In this document: positions 14,993-29,401 of the stretch, piece after piece | Numbering within the stretch: the first letter of the stretch is position 1 | Layout: the number at the start of each line of letters is the position of its first letter | NCBI GenBank assembly: GCA_964016885.1 | Contig: OZ024760.1 | Coordinates: 22,630,001 to 22,694,000 of the forward strand | DNA: 64,000 nucleotides | Source: Eledone cirrhosa | Taxonomy: Eukaryota | Direction: 5' to 3' | Made by a program: the position numbers and the translations under genes | The notes under the pieces: generated by a model | Seen by the model: only the letters and a program-made list of their open reading frames with translations | Database searches by the model: none | Told to the model about the DNA's origin: nothing

Positions 14993-15385
14993 TGCGGTGG
15001 ATTGGCAGTATCGGTAGAGGGTCGGACGCCATGCTTTCCAGCATAGTTACGTCCATTTACGATCTGAGTTCAAATCCCGCCGAGGTTGATTTTGCCTTTC
15101 ATCCTTGCGGGGTCGATAAAATAAAGTACCAGTAATGCACTGGGTAATTGCTGCCCTTGTGCCTAAAGTAGAAACAATTATTCGTATTTCATGAGGTACG
15201 GTGGATTGCCAGTATCGGTAGAGGGTCGGACACCATGCTTTCCAGCATAGTTACGTCCATTTACGATCTGAGTTCAAATCCCGCCGAGGTTGACTTTGCC
15301 TTTCATCCTTGCGGGGTCGATAAAATAAAGTACACATAATGCACTGGGTAATTGCTGGCTTTGTGCCAAAAGTAGAATCAATTAT
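14993..15385 (+). mobile_element. Two tandem full-length tRNA-SINE copies
   Basis: Copies at 14993-15181 and 15197-15385. A TTATTYRTATTTYATG flank is seen three times. Confidence 0.9.
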
Positions 15386-15642
15386 TTATATTTCATGGTG
15401 TTGTAATCTCAGTAGACTTTGATTACATGTGGAGGTATAAAACGGAGGAAACATGTTGATTTTACTAGTTGCGTTCAGAGTATAGATACTATCCATTTGT
15501 ATTTTTCTTTATCATCCAAACATTTTAATTGAACCTCTCTCTCTCTCGCTCCCGCTCTCGCTCTCTCGCTCTCGCTCGCGCTCTCTCTCTCTCTCTCTCT
15601 CTCTGTCTCGCTCTCTCTCTCTCTCTCTCTCTCTGTCTCGCG

Positions 15643-15675
<33 letters not shown>

Positions 15676-15844
15676 TATATGGGATAACAAGTTATCGTTA
15701 TAGGTAATCCAGTTAGAGGTTGTACAGCCAACCACGCTGCTCTTCTTTCTTTCACTCTATATATATTTACATATTCGTAGTTGAAAGAGATCCCCAAAAA
15801 AGTACAAAACGTCATGAATTTTACGCTTTATATGGAAAAGGATA

Positions 15845-16125
15845 TATATATAGATATTGTCATACATATATATATATATTGTCATACATATATATATAGA
15901 TATTGTCATATATATATATATAGATATTGTCATACATATATATATAGATATTGTCATACATATATATATAGATATTGTCATACATATATATATATATATA
16001 TATATTGTCATACATATATATATAGATATTGTCATACATATATATAGATATTGTCATACATATATATAGATATTGTCATACATATATATATATATATTGT
16101 CATACATATATATATATATATACAT
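15845..16125. repeat. TATTGTCATAC core with (AT)n spacer array
   Basis: About 11 recurrences. Confidence 0.9.
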
Positions 16126-16239
16126 GTGATATCATTGAAGTTAATTTCCTTCATTGATATTTTTTAGGTCTAAAAATTCAGACAGTTTTGTCTCATTGTT
16201 GGTGGGTCACCTGATTTGTTGAACTTCACACATATAGAC

Positions 16240-17060
<821 letters not shown>

Positions 17061-17373
17061 CTATATATTTACACATACATACGTACATATATCCGTGTGT
17101 GTGTTTGTGTCTGTGTCTTTGTTATGCATACACAGAGAAAGAGAAAGAGAAAGAAAAAGAAGTCGTGGGGGAGAGAGAAAGAGAGAGAGAGGGGCAGGAA
17201 GAGGTAACAGGAGTGTCGTAGTAGAAGAAATAATGTTATGTGAATGAAACGCCGTCCCACATGTAAATGGCCTTATTATCACAAATTGAAGAACAAATAT
17301 ACAGTTTCCAGTGAGCAATTAAACGTCTATTCAAATCCAATGTATTGCACACGAAACGTTCTCCTTCTTTTGT

Positions 17374-17385
17374 GCCGCCATCTTG
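17374..17385 (-). promoter_or_regulatory. YY1-type motif CAAGATGGCGGC
   Basis: Exact 12-mer match to the YY1 consensus inside a unique island. Confidence 0.35.
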
Positions 17386-17689
17386 TGATATTTTGCTTTA
17401 CTATTATTTTCGTCTTATGTTTTTGCCTCCATGTTGGTTTGTGATGTTTGCTTGGTAATTTTGATTGGTTTCTGAATTCCCAATTCAGGAAGATGCTGTT
17501 GGTCACCGTATCTGCTGCTCTTGCTGTTGTTGCTGCTGCATGTTTTTGCTGTTGTTGTTGCTGCTGCATGTTTTTGCTGTTGTTGTTGCTGGCCGTTGTA
17601 GATGTTGATGTTTTTACTGTTGTTTTTATGTCGGTGTAATTGCTGCCATTGTTGCTGTTGCTGTTGTTGTTGTTACCTGGCCGATGTTG

Positions 17690-18740
17690 ATGTTGTTTTT
17701 ACTGTTGTTTTCTGTCGGTGCTGCTGTGGTTGTTGCTGCTGTTACTGCTGCTTTTATTACTGCTGATGCTGTTGATATTGTTTTTACTGTTGTTTTCTGT
17801 CAGTGCTGCTGTGGTTGTTGCTGCTGTTACTGCTGCTTTTGTTACTGCTGATGCTGTTGTTATTGTTTTTACTGTTGTTTTCTGTCAGTGCTGCTGTGGT
17901 TGTTGCTGCTGTTACTGCTGCTTTTGTTACTGCTGATGCTGTTGATATTGTTTTTACTGTTGTTTTCTGTCAGTGCTGCTGTGGTTGTTGCTGCTGTTAC
18001 TGTTGCTTTTGTTACTGCTGATTCTGTTGATATTGTTTTTACTGTTGTTTTCTGTCAGTGCTGCTGTGGTTGTTGCTGCTGTTACTGTTACTTTTGTTAC
18101 TGCTGTTGCTGTTGATATTGTTTTTACTGTTGTTTTCTGTCAGTGCTGCTGTGGTTGTTGCTGCTGTTACTGTTACTTTTGTTACTGCTGTTGCTGTTGA
18201 TATTGTATTTACTGTTGTTTTCTGTCAGTGCTGCTGTGGTTGTTGCTGCTGTTACTGCTGCTTTTGTTACTGCTGATGCTGTTGATATTGTTTTTACTGT
18301 TGTTTTCGTCGGTGCTGCTGTGGTTGTTGCTGCTGTTACTGCTGCTTTTGTTACTGCTGATGCTGTTGATATTGTTTTTACTGTTGTTTTCGTCGGTGCT
18401 GCTGTGGTTGTTGCTGCTGTTACTGCTGCTTTTGTTACTGCTGATGCTGTTGGTATTGTTTTTACTGTTGTTTTCGTCGGTGCTGCTGTGGTTGTTGCTG
18501 CTGTAACTGCTGCTTTTGTTACTGCTGATGCTGTTGGTATTGATTTTACTGTTGTTTTCGTCGGTGCTGCTGTGGTTGTTGCTGCTGTTACTGCTGCTTT
18601 TGTTACTGCTGATTCTGTTGATATTGTTTTTACTGTTGTTTTCGTCGGTGCTGCTGTGGTTGTTGCTGCTGTTATTGCTGCTTTTGTTACTGCTGATGCT
18701 GTTGATATTGTTTTTACTGTTGTTTTCTCTCGGTGCTGCT
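17690..18740. repeat. 85/84-bp minisatellite, ~12 copies
   Basis: Starts at 17718, 17803, 17888, 17973, 18058, 18143 and 18228 (period 85), then period 84. Confidence 0.95.
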
Positions 18741-19849
18741 GTTGTTAATGCTGCTGTTGTACTACTGCTGTTGTTGTTGTTGCTATTGTCGTTGTTGTGG
18801 CTGCTGTTGATGTAGTTTTCACTGTTTTCTCTCGGTAGTGTTGCTGAGCTTGTTGGTTTTTCTTGTAGCTGTTGTTGCTGTTGTTGCTTTTGTTCTTGTA
18901 GTTGCTGCTGTTGCTGTCATGGCCGCTGTTGATGTTGTTGTTGTTGTTACTGTTGTTTTCTGTTGTTGGTTTTTCCTTGTCCTAGCTGTGGCTCTGAAAA
19001 TGTTGTTGGTATTGGTGATGTTAGAAATTTCCATGTGTGTATCACTCTCTCTCACCCTCTCACACCCTCTCTCTCACCCTTTCGCTCATCATCACTCTCA
19101 CCCTCTCTCTCACCATCCCTCTCTCACCCTCTCTCTCACCAACCCTCTCTCACCCTCTCTCTCACCATTTCGCTCATCATCACTCTCAAAGCCCCTCTCA
19201 CCATCACTCTCACTTTTTCCCTCATTGTCACTCCCTCCCTCACACACTCTCTCACACACACTCTCTCTCTATCTTTCTCTCCCCCTCCCCTCCCTTCTCT
19301 CCCTCCCCCTCTCTCCCTCCCCTCTCCCTCTTTCTCTCTCCCTCCCTCCCTCTCTCCCTCTTTCTCTCTCCCTCTCTCCCTCTTTCTCTCTCCCTTTCTC
19401 CCCCCTCTCTCCCTCTTCCCCTCTCCCTCTTTCTCCCCCCCCCCTTTCTCTCCCCCCTTTATCTCTCCCTCCCTCTACTTCTCATTCGCACTCTCCCCCT
19501 TACGACAGAAAGATAGATGACAATATATGCAAGCCTATAAGAATAAATATATATCTATATATACATCCACGCACACACACACACAGATTTATTTATATAT
19601 ATATATGTATCTATTTATTTATATATATATATGTATTTACTTATGTATATATATATATATATATGTATTTACTTATGTGTATATATATGTATTTATTTAT
19701 TTATTTATTTATTTATGTATATATATATATTTATTTATTTATTTATGTATATATATATATTTATTTATTTATTTATGTATATATATATATGTATTTATTT
19801 ATTTATTTATATATGTATATGTATATATATTTATTTATTTATTTATTTA

Positions 19850-19888
<39 letters not shown>

Positions 19889-19996
19889 TTACTTATGTAT
19901 ATATATATATATATATATATGTATTTATTTATTTATACATGTATTTATTTATTTACTTATTTATATATATATATATATATGTATGTATATATTCGA

Positions 19997-20860
19997 TATA
20001 TTCGATATATCTCATATGAAATAATACAGCCAATTTTCCACACAATACATTTAGTTAGCACCCCGAACGTTTAATTAGGAATATACTCACTTATTTCCTA
20101 ATGTTTGTTGAGTGAGTTGGAGTTTGGCCGGAGTATCGCTATTAGCTTTCTCCGATAATGTATTTATTTATATACTCTTGGTGCAAAAGATATGAAATTC
20201 CCGATATAAGGTTTGAACTCTCTTTGTTTATTTTTTTATATATGAATATTGATTGTTCCTTATATCTCATTCTGATATTTTGCCCGAGAAAATATCTGTG
20301 TGTCATCAAACGTACACACAGATATTTTTTCAAATTCCAATTGAGTTCTAGCACGTGGCCTGAATTCCTTTTAGAATTCATTATCCTGCGCATGTATTGT
20401 TTTTTTGGCGGTAATCTACTTCCTCATTTTTTAATCAGTTTGAGTATTTCTTTAGAAATGCTGGAGTAGCAACCTGACAGATACCTCAGGCATTGATGGT
20501 GATTATAGCTAAATACTGATATTGGTTAGATTATCAATATTAGTATTATTGGGGCACCCACTGATGAATTATAAGAGCCCACTTGAATATATATCTGTTG
20601 ATCTTATACAAGTTCCTACATAAATTGGTATAATTTCACCCAAATTGTAGGAATCTAATAATGAAACGAGACGTCCGTCTGGGAAGAGATATATTCGATA
20701 TGTCTCATATGAAATAATACAGCCTATTTCCCACACAATACATTTAGTTAGCACCCCGAACGCTTAATTAGGAATATAATCACTTATTTCCTAATGTTTG
20801 TTGAGTGAGTTGGAATTTGGCCGGAGTATCGCTAAAAGCTTTCTCCGATATTGTATTTAT
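19997..20860. mobile_element. ~170-bp direct repeats (19997-20168, 20689-20860) flanking ~520 bp of unique DNA, in (TA)n; possible Penelope-like or LTR-like relic
   Basis: The two copies differ at few positions. The interior has a hairpin (20290-20330) and CTGATGA at 20562. Confidence 0.45.
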
Positions 20861-20921
20861 TTATATATGTATTTATTTATATATATATATATATGTATTT
20901 ATTTATATATATATATATATG

Positions 20922-20966
<45 letters not shown>

Positions 20967-21463
20967 TTATTTATATATATATATATGTATGTATTTATAT
21001 ATATATATATATGTATGTATTTATATATATATATATGTATGTATTTATATATATATATATGTATGTATTTATATATATATGTATGTATTTATATATATAT
21101 GTATGTATTTATATATGTATGTATTTATATATATATGTATGTATTTATATATATATGTATGTATTTATATATATATATATATGTATGTATTTATATATAT
21201 ATATATATGTATGTATTTATATATATATATATATGTATGTATTTATATATATATATATATGTATGTATTTATATATATATATGTATGTATTTATATATAT
21301 ATATGTATGTATTTATATATATATATATATATGTATTTATATATATATATATATATATATGTATTTATATATATATATATATGTATTTATATATATATAT
21401 ATGTATTTATATATATATATATGTATTTATATATATATATATGTATTTATATATATATATATG

Positions 21464-21502
<39 letters not shown>

Positions 21503-22625
21503 TTATATATATATATATGTATGTATTTATATATATATATATGTATGTATTTATATATATATATATATATGTATTTATATATATATATGTATTTATATAT
21601 ATATATATATGTATTTATATATATATATATATGTATTTATATATATATATATATGTATTTATATATATATATATATATGTATTTATATATATATATATAT
21701 ATATATGTATTTATATATATATATATGTATTTATATATATATATATATATATATGTATTTATATATATATATATATATATATGTATTTATATATATATAT
21801 ATATATGTATTTATATATATATATATATATGTATTTATATATATATATATATATGTATTTATATATATATATATATATGTATTTATATATATATATATAT
21901 ATGTATTTATATATATATATATATATGTATTTATATATATATATATATATGTATTTATATATATATATATATATGTATTTATATATATATATATATATGT
22001 ATTTATATATATATATATATATGTATTTATATATATATATATATATGTATTTATATATATATATATATATGTATTTATATATATATATATATATGTATTT
22101 ATATATATATATATATATGTATTTATATATATATATATATATGTATTTATATATATATATATATATGTATTTATATATATATATATATATGTATTTATAT
22201 ATATATATATATATGTATTTATATATATATATATATATGTATTTATATATATATATATATATGTATTTATATATATATATATATATGTATTTATATATAT
22301 ATATATATATGTATTTATATATATATATATATATGTATTTATATATATATATATATGTATTTATATATATATATATATATGTATTTATATATATATATAT
22401 ATATGTATTTATATATATATATATATATGTATTTATATATATATATATATATGTATTTATATATATATATATATATGTATTTATATATATATATATATAT
22501 ATGTATTTATATATATATATATATATATGTATTTATATATATATATATGTATTTATATATATATATATATATATGTATTTATATATATATATATATATAT
22601 GTATTTATATATATATATATGTATT

Positions 22626-22656
<31 letters not shown>

Positions 22657-23522
22657 GTATGTATATGTATGTATGTATGTATATGTATGTATGTATATGT
22701 ATGTATGTATGTATATATATATGTATGTATGTATATATATATGTATGTATGTATATATATGTATCTATTTATGTATATATATATGTATGTATATTTATGT
22801 ATATATATATGTATGTATATATATGTATCTATGTATGTATATGTATCTATTTATGTATATGTATATATATATATATGTATGTATGTATATATATGTATCT
22901 ATTTATGTATATGTATATGTATATGTATATATATATATATATGTATGTATGTATATATATGTATCTATATATGTATGTATGTATATATATGTATCTATAT
23001 ATGTATGTATGTATATATATGTATCTATATATGTATGTATATGTATATATATGTATCTATGTATGTATATGTATATATATGTATCTATTTATGTATATAT
23101 ATATATATATATGTATCTATTTATGTATATATATATATATATGTATCTATTTATGTATATATATATATATATATGTATCTATTTATGTATATATATATAT
23201 ATATATGTATCTATTTATGTATATATATATATATATATGTATCTATTTATGTATATATATATATATATATGTATCTATGTATATATATATATATATATGT
23301 ATCTATTTATGTATATATATATATGTATCTATTTATGTATATATATATATATATATGTATCTATCTATGTATATATATATATGTATCTATCTATGTATAT
23401 ATATATATGTATCTATTTATGTATATATATATATGTATCTATTTATGTATATATGTATGTATTTATGTATGTATATATATATATTTATGTATGTATATAT
23501 ATGTATGTATATATGTATGTAT

Positions 23523-23556
<34 letters not shown>

Positions 23557-23633
23557 TTATGTATGTATTTATGTATGTATATATATATATGTATGTATTT
23601 ATTTATGTATGTATATACATGTATGTATATATA

Positions 23634-23665
<32 letters not shown>
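20860..23665. repeat. (TA)n-based array including a perfect 20-bp unit GTATTT(AT)7
   Basis: Identical 60-nt lines from 21781 to ~22320. Confidence 0.95.
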
Positions 23666-23671
<6 letters not shown>

Positions 23672-23972
23672 CGACTGCTTTTTTGTATCTTTTATGTTCG
23701 TCTTCTCTCTTATGTACATTCAACGCCATTGTTTTCGCCTTTTAGTTTAGTATTGTATCCGCCATTCGTCCATTAACTGACAAACACTTCAACTAACAAT
23801 ATACCTGCTTCATTTCTGATCAATTGCCGTTTTTAAGCTTACCTTCGTATCAATTATTTCTACGTCGCCATATTGCAGTACATAGTAATATATACACCAA
23901 TACAAAACACTAGTTTTCCCAGCGTTTACTATGTATATACGCTACATATCCATATAGCAATATATTGCAATA

Positions 23973-24147
23973 TTGGCAGTATCGGTAGAGGGTCGGACGC
24001 CATGCTTTCCAGCATAGTTACGTCCCTTTGCGATCTGAGTTCAAATCCCGCCGAGGTTGACTTTGCCTTTCATCCTTGCGGGGTCGATAAAATAAAGTAC
24101 CAGTAATGAACTGGGTAATTGCTGGCCTTGTGCCTAAAGTAGAAACA
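23973..24147 (+). mobile_element. tRNA-SINE with 14-bp TSD
   Basis: AATATATTGCAATA at 23959-23972 and 24148-24161. Confidence 0.92.
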
Positions 24148-24218
24148 AATATATTGCAATACATAGTATTATATACACCAATAGAAAAAAAACTGTAGTT
24201 TGCAGTCTTTACTATGTA

Positions 24219-24247
24219 CTAGCAGAATGGCCCGGCGTTGCTCGGGA
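24219..24247 (-). mobile_element. Helitron 3' terminus
   Basis: Minus strand: hairpin CCCGAGCAACGCCGGG, short spacer, then CTAG|T. Confidence 0.65.
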
Positions 24248-24364
24248 TTTACTCTAGGGTTGTTATATATTTCATATATATTTATCCTTATCGAACCTCG
24301 AGAAATAATTACGTTTGTTCATATTCTGTTATTGTGTATGCAAAAATATCTCTACACGAATATA

Positions 24365-24404
<40 letters not shown>

Positions 24405-24415
24405 TAACAGATTAA

Positions 24416-24466
24416 AGTTTAAGCAAAGAATCGTTGATTTCACCCTGAACGGGATCTTCTGAAACT
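24416..24466 (-). ncRNA. Hammerhead-like motif with variant CAGAAGA core (family B)
   Basis: AGTTT-CAGAAGA-TCCCGTTCAGGGT-GAAA-...TGC-TT-AAACT. Confidence 0.45.
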
Positions 24467-24575
24467 AAAATACTCAATCTGTGAACGCAGAAGTAAATTG
24501 AAAAACGTTACACGCTATATATATATATATACACCGATTCAAAACTGTAGTTTCCTGTCTTTACTATCTACTAAC

Positions 24576-24816
24576 AGAAGCAGACGACTGAGGTTAGCTG
24601 GACATGCTCACCGACATCCAGAGTTGACACTGCACTCAGTGCTCCTGTGGGAGCCCCTACATGGACACACTTGAAGAGGCAGACCGAGGTTAACATATGC
24701 TGATGTCCTAAGGACAGACACTGGTCTGTTGGAGACACAGGACATGACAAAGATAATGAGGGACAGTGACCCCTGGAGACAACTGGTCCATGGATCTCGG
24801 GAATTTTACCCTAGAT
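24576..24816 (+). mobile_element. RTE-clade LINE 3' fragment
   Basis: Translates RRLRLAGHAHRHPELTLHSVLLWEPLHGHT*RGRPRLTYADVLRTDTGL...DPWRQLV, a typical RTE C-terminus. Confidence 0.85.
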
Positions 24817-24849
24817 ATATATTATCACACAAACATTATCATGCAAACA

Positions 24850-25520
24850 TTATCACACACATTTCACTCACACAACTCACTCAGGCATTATTATTCAAAC
24901 AAACTCACTCTCACATTCACTTACGCAAACTCACTCACAGTCGCTCACTCTCGCTCACTTACTCACACTCTCACTCACTTACACTTAAACTCACTCACAC
25001 TCTCACTCATTCTCACTCACTTACACTTAAACTCACTCACACTCTCACTCATTCTCACTCACTCTCTCACTCACACTCTCACTCACTCACTCACTCACTC
25101 ACTCATTCTCACTCACACACTCACTCACTCTCACTCACTCTCACTCACTCACTCACTCTCTCTCACTCACTCACTCTCACTCACTCTCACTCACTCACTC
25201 ACTCACTCACTCTCACTCACTCACTCACTCACTCACTCACTCACTCACTCACTCACTCACTCACTCACTCACTCACTCACTCACTCACTCACTCACTCAC
25301 TCACTCACTCACTCACTCACTCACTCACTCACACGCACTCTCTCTCATTCTCACTCACTCTCACTCATTCTCACTCACTAATTCTCATTCAATCACTCTC
25401 ACTCACTCTCTCTCACTCTCACTCTTTCTCACTCTCACTCTTTCTCTCTCTCACTCTCACTCTTTCTCACTCACTCTAACTCTCTCTCTCTCTCACACAC
25501 CCACTCTCACTCACACTCAC
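24850..25520. repeat. (TCAC)n tetranucleotide field
   Basis: Direct reading. Confidence 0.95.
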
Positions 25521-25806
25521 TCATTGTTTTTGACTGGCCTCCGTCATTTTCGACGATGAGTGCTTCAGCAGAAACTGAATGATCGTGGAATTAACCTTAA
25601 CAGGCTGAGCATTCTACAGACTCATCCTGACACATGTCTGTCCCAGTGAATTACAGGTACAGCTCATTTTTGCTAGCTGAATAGAATGAAGCAAGGAGAA
25701 ATAAGTACCTTGCTGAATATCAAAAACACAGGACCCATCCCGGGAATCCAACGCTCAACCTTGTGCACTTGAACCAATCTGATTAAACACTTTACCATTC
25801 GCCTTC
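25520..25806 (-). mobile_element. Diverged second tRNA-derived SINE family
   Basis: Minus strand has a degenerate tRNA head (...GATTCCCGGG), then CAGCAAGGTACTTATTTC...CAGCTAGCAAAAATGAG, similar to cephalopod CORE/V-type SINEs. Confidence 0.55.
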
Positions 25807-25817
25807 TCACTCACTCA

Positions 25818-25852
<35 letters not shown>

Positions 25853-26029
25853 TGATATAATACATATATACAATATATGAATCAGGCTGGATTCAGTTTG
25901 AACAGGGTACTCGATACTTGGGGTAGTAGAGCATGGTTATATTATAAAGAGTCGGGAACCCGACGCCTGAGTTGAACTCGATCTTGAAACGCCAAGAACT
26001 CAGCAGTTGTGTTCCAACTCATTATAATG

Positions 26030-26101
<72 letters not shown>

Positions 26102-26265
26102 GTGTTTAACTACATTTATTGGCGGCGTTCCGTTCGAAGCACTCAATGTAGTTACGATTCGTCTTTATCTATTTATCAATCTATCTATTAAAATTCTACT
26201 TCGGTATTGAACAATCTTTTCTCTCAGCCGTCAACTACGTACGGGTTTATATATATATATAGTAT

Positions 26266-26310
<45 letters not shown>

Positions 26311-26315
<5 letters not shown>

Positions 26316-26509
26316 AACCAGTAAGACCCCGACAGCTGAGCTCAAGCCGTTTCGACGGCTAATTCTGGACTCAGTCCAGAATTAGCCGTCGAAACGGCTT
26401 GAGCTCAGCTGTCGGGGTCTTACTGGTTCCTATTACCCACTCTACTACCTCAAGTATTGAGTACTTTGGTGCGTTATGGTCCACCTGGTTCCTTACCACA
26501 TTTCCTTCG

Positions 26510-26513
<4 letters not shown>
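26311..26513. mobile_element. Foldback element, family D: perfect 61-bp-arm palindrome (26311-26433) plus tail; putative Penelope-like terminus
   Basis: The arms are exact reverse complements around C26372. The element is flanked by (TA)n and has relatives at 35308, 35740, 41267 and 47827. Confidence 0.7.
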
Positions 26514-26542
<29 letters not shown>

Positions 26543-27324
26543 CACACACGGGTGTTTAACTACATTTATTGGCGGCGTTCCGTTCGAAGCACTCAATGTA
26601 GTTACGATTCGTCTTTATCTATTTATCAATCTATCTATTAAAATTCTACTTCGGTATTGAACAATCTTTTCTCTCAGCCGTCAACCACATACGGATATGT
26701 GTATATATATATATATATATGCATTTACATACTTAGACAAGCATGTACGCAATTACGTACATTTCCACATTATAAACACACACATGTTTGATTACATGTA
26801 CAATAATATACAACTATTTACATACACTGAAATGTTTGTAAAGCACACCCCCGTCATTTGAATCTTTTAGGCCCGGAGCACTTCAGTTTTAATAGTGGAA
26901 ATGTTATTCAAAGTAACGTACAGAAGGGCAAATCCTTAGATTTACTTATCAACGTCCTTATATTGTATGTAATTACATAGAAGTGACAGCTTCCTCACAT
27001 GTAGAAAGCTGAAATACAAAAACAATGATGAGAAGTTATACATAAATTTAAATATACATACATATTAAATGCATATATTACATACATACATCAGTGTTAA
27101 ATGCATAAATGTTAAATGCAAAATCTGACAAGTTATAGATGCATAGAAAGGTTAAATGTACCTGTCATTGCAAAAGTTTATCTAAGCTAAGTACAGTAAA
27201 TTCTAACCCGTTGCAGCTTGATGCACTGCACTACGATATCAACAAAAGTATCTTACTTTTTACACTTGGTACCTAAATGAAATTGGGATCCTTAACGAAT
27301 TCCTTGAACGAAATCTATGAATCG

Positions 27325-27865
27325 AGATATCATAGCTCCAGTATGATGATTACGTTATAATTTTTAAAGGAAGAATCGCTGGAAAGATTTTACAAGCAAG
27401 GCCAACTGGCAGGTGACTCAGAAGAGTTCGCAGCTTTGGTACTATGGAAATGTTGTTATAATATCGAAAGGAAGATTCGCTGGAAAGATTCTACGAGCAA
27501 GGGAAACTGGCAGGTGAATCAGAAGAAATCACAGCTTTGGTTCTATGGATATGTTGTTATAATGTCGAAAGGAGGAATCACTGGACAGATTTTACAAGCG
27601 AGGCCAACTGGCAGGTGACTCAGAAGAGATCACAGCTTTGGTACTATGAATATGTTATTACAATGTCGAAAGCAAGAATCACTGGACAGATTTTAGGATC
27701 AAGGCCAACTGGCAGGTGACTCAGAAGAGATCACAGCTTCGGTATTATGAATATGTTATTACAATGTCGAAAGCAAGAATCACTGGACAGATTGTACGGG
27801 GAAAGCCACGTTTGTTCTCACTTGGGGATCCAGCCCGATCATTTGGAGACAGTTGATTATGAAAG
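27325..27865 (+). repeat. 101-bp tandem repeat derived from an RTE LINE coding fragment
   Basis: Units at 27431, 27532, 27633 and 27734. Each translates like SQLWFYGYVVIMSKGGITGQILQARPTGR, and the array is followed by SHLGIQPDHLETV. Confidence 0.8.
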
Positions 27866-28015
27866 GACTCTTCGGAAGGCATGTCTGGAATATATGGCCG
27901 AGGAAGACGCATATGATTGTACATACAAATTATTATTAACTCTTTGATAGCAAACCCCCTGAAACTACCCCTGTTACTATGTTACACAAAACAAAACTGC
28001 AAGGAAATGGATATA

Positions 28016-28057
<42 letters not shown>

Positions 28058-28094
28058 ACACATACACACACACTACATTTCGCGCTGCTCCTGT

Positions 28095-28250
28095 ATATTC
28101 AGGTGAAAAGGAATATCGGCAATAGCTGGGGATTTAACCTTGCGATGGACTGGCGTCCTGCCCAGGGGATATTCTTGTACTCTCAGTCGCTTCAAGCCTT
28201 GAAACCGGGAGAAGCACCAGTCTTACGAACTGTCTAACTTAAGACAGAGT
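28095..28250 (+). mobile_element. V-SINE-like fragment
   Basis: AACCTTGCGATGGACTGGCGTCCTGCCCAGGGG...TCGCTTCA...GAAACCGGGA resembles the V-SINE conserved domain. Confidence 0.6.
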
Positions 28251-28549
28251 TTAGACTTGACTGATTTTGATAGGACCCTCTGAAAGACGCATCTGAGCAC
28301 TCTCCCTCCCAACTCTTTCTAAAAAAACAAAAAAAAACAAAAAAACAAACAAAGCCGAAGAAATCCAACTATTTAACATATGTAACCAAGTTGAAGATTC
28401 ATATTTTAAATGACCTTCACTGTCGAATGAAATCAACACCATCATGGAAATTGTTAATGTCGTAATACAGACAATTGTGTTGGGGTTCAAACATTGAGTA
28501 TAGATTGAAAGGGAAATTATAATTAAAATCTTTAACATATTGATTTTTA

Positions 28550-28755
28550 ATTTAGGAACAAGCCCAGCATATTTGAGGGAGATGTAAGGTTGATTGAATA
28601 AATCCCAGTATATGACTTGTAATTTATTTTATCGATCTTTTAAGGATGAATTGCAAAGTTTGCATTAATGGGATCCGAGCTCAAAATTTAAAGAGCCAAA
28701 CCAAATATCGAAATGGCATGTTATCCGACGCTCTCCCAATACTGCCAATCCACCA
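28550..28755 (-). mobile_element. Old diverged copy of the main tRNA-SINE
   Basis: TTTATTTTATCGATC...AAGGATGAA...ACTGCCAATCCACC. Confidence 0.75.
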
Positions 28756-29279
28756 CTCTTAGATACCTTTAAAATATGGAAACATGTTCGATTGTTGCAC
28801 TTTAAACAATCGTAACTACGAACACACCACGCATGGATAACGTAATGAAATATGTATCCGAAGATTTATACATTTTCTGCATCATAATAAATACAAGAAA
28901 TTTTATATAAGGTGTAATGTCCACAGCACATAACCCGCTAGTTAAATTAACATCTTTGCAGTTAATTTCTAAACCGGATGATGGAGAAATGTCTTAATTG
29001 GAGATATTGTCTTTAATTCAATAGCAAAATTTAGAGGAATTCGTTACGATTCAACTTAATTTCTGTCTAGGATGAGATTCACTTCGTAAGTGCATTGCCG
29101 ATTAATAACACACCATTGTGAAGTTTGACATGGAAAGCTACGGCAAACTAATTATGTAAACATTGGTTGTCATTTCTATGCTAAAGTTTGAGAGAGAAAC
29201 GTTGATTTATATCAAGTGTGCCAGTCATTAGATGATAATAAATACAAAGACGAAATTCCAGAGACCAATAGATAATGGT

Positions 29280-29318
<39 letters not shown>

Positions 29319-29366
29319 CGTTTTCCCTTCTCCAGCCGTCCGGCTGAGGCCATGCTGGTGCACCGC

Positions 29367-29401
<35 letters not shown>

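Noticed and set aside
14993-15080. tRNA gene
   Set aside because: The A and B boxes belong to a multicopy SINE head, and no full cloverleaf is evident.
20798-23776. ~990-aa YI-rich ORFs, and all similar ORFs in the track
   Set aside because: (TA)n/(TG)n repeats lack stop codons in every frame.
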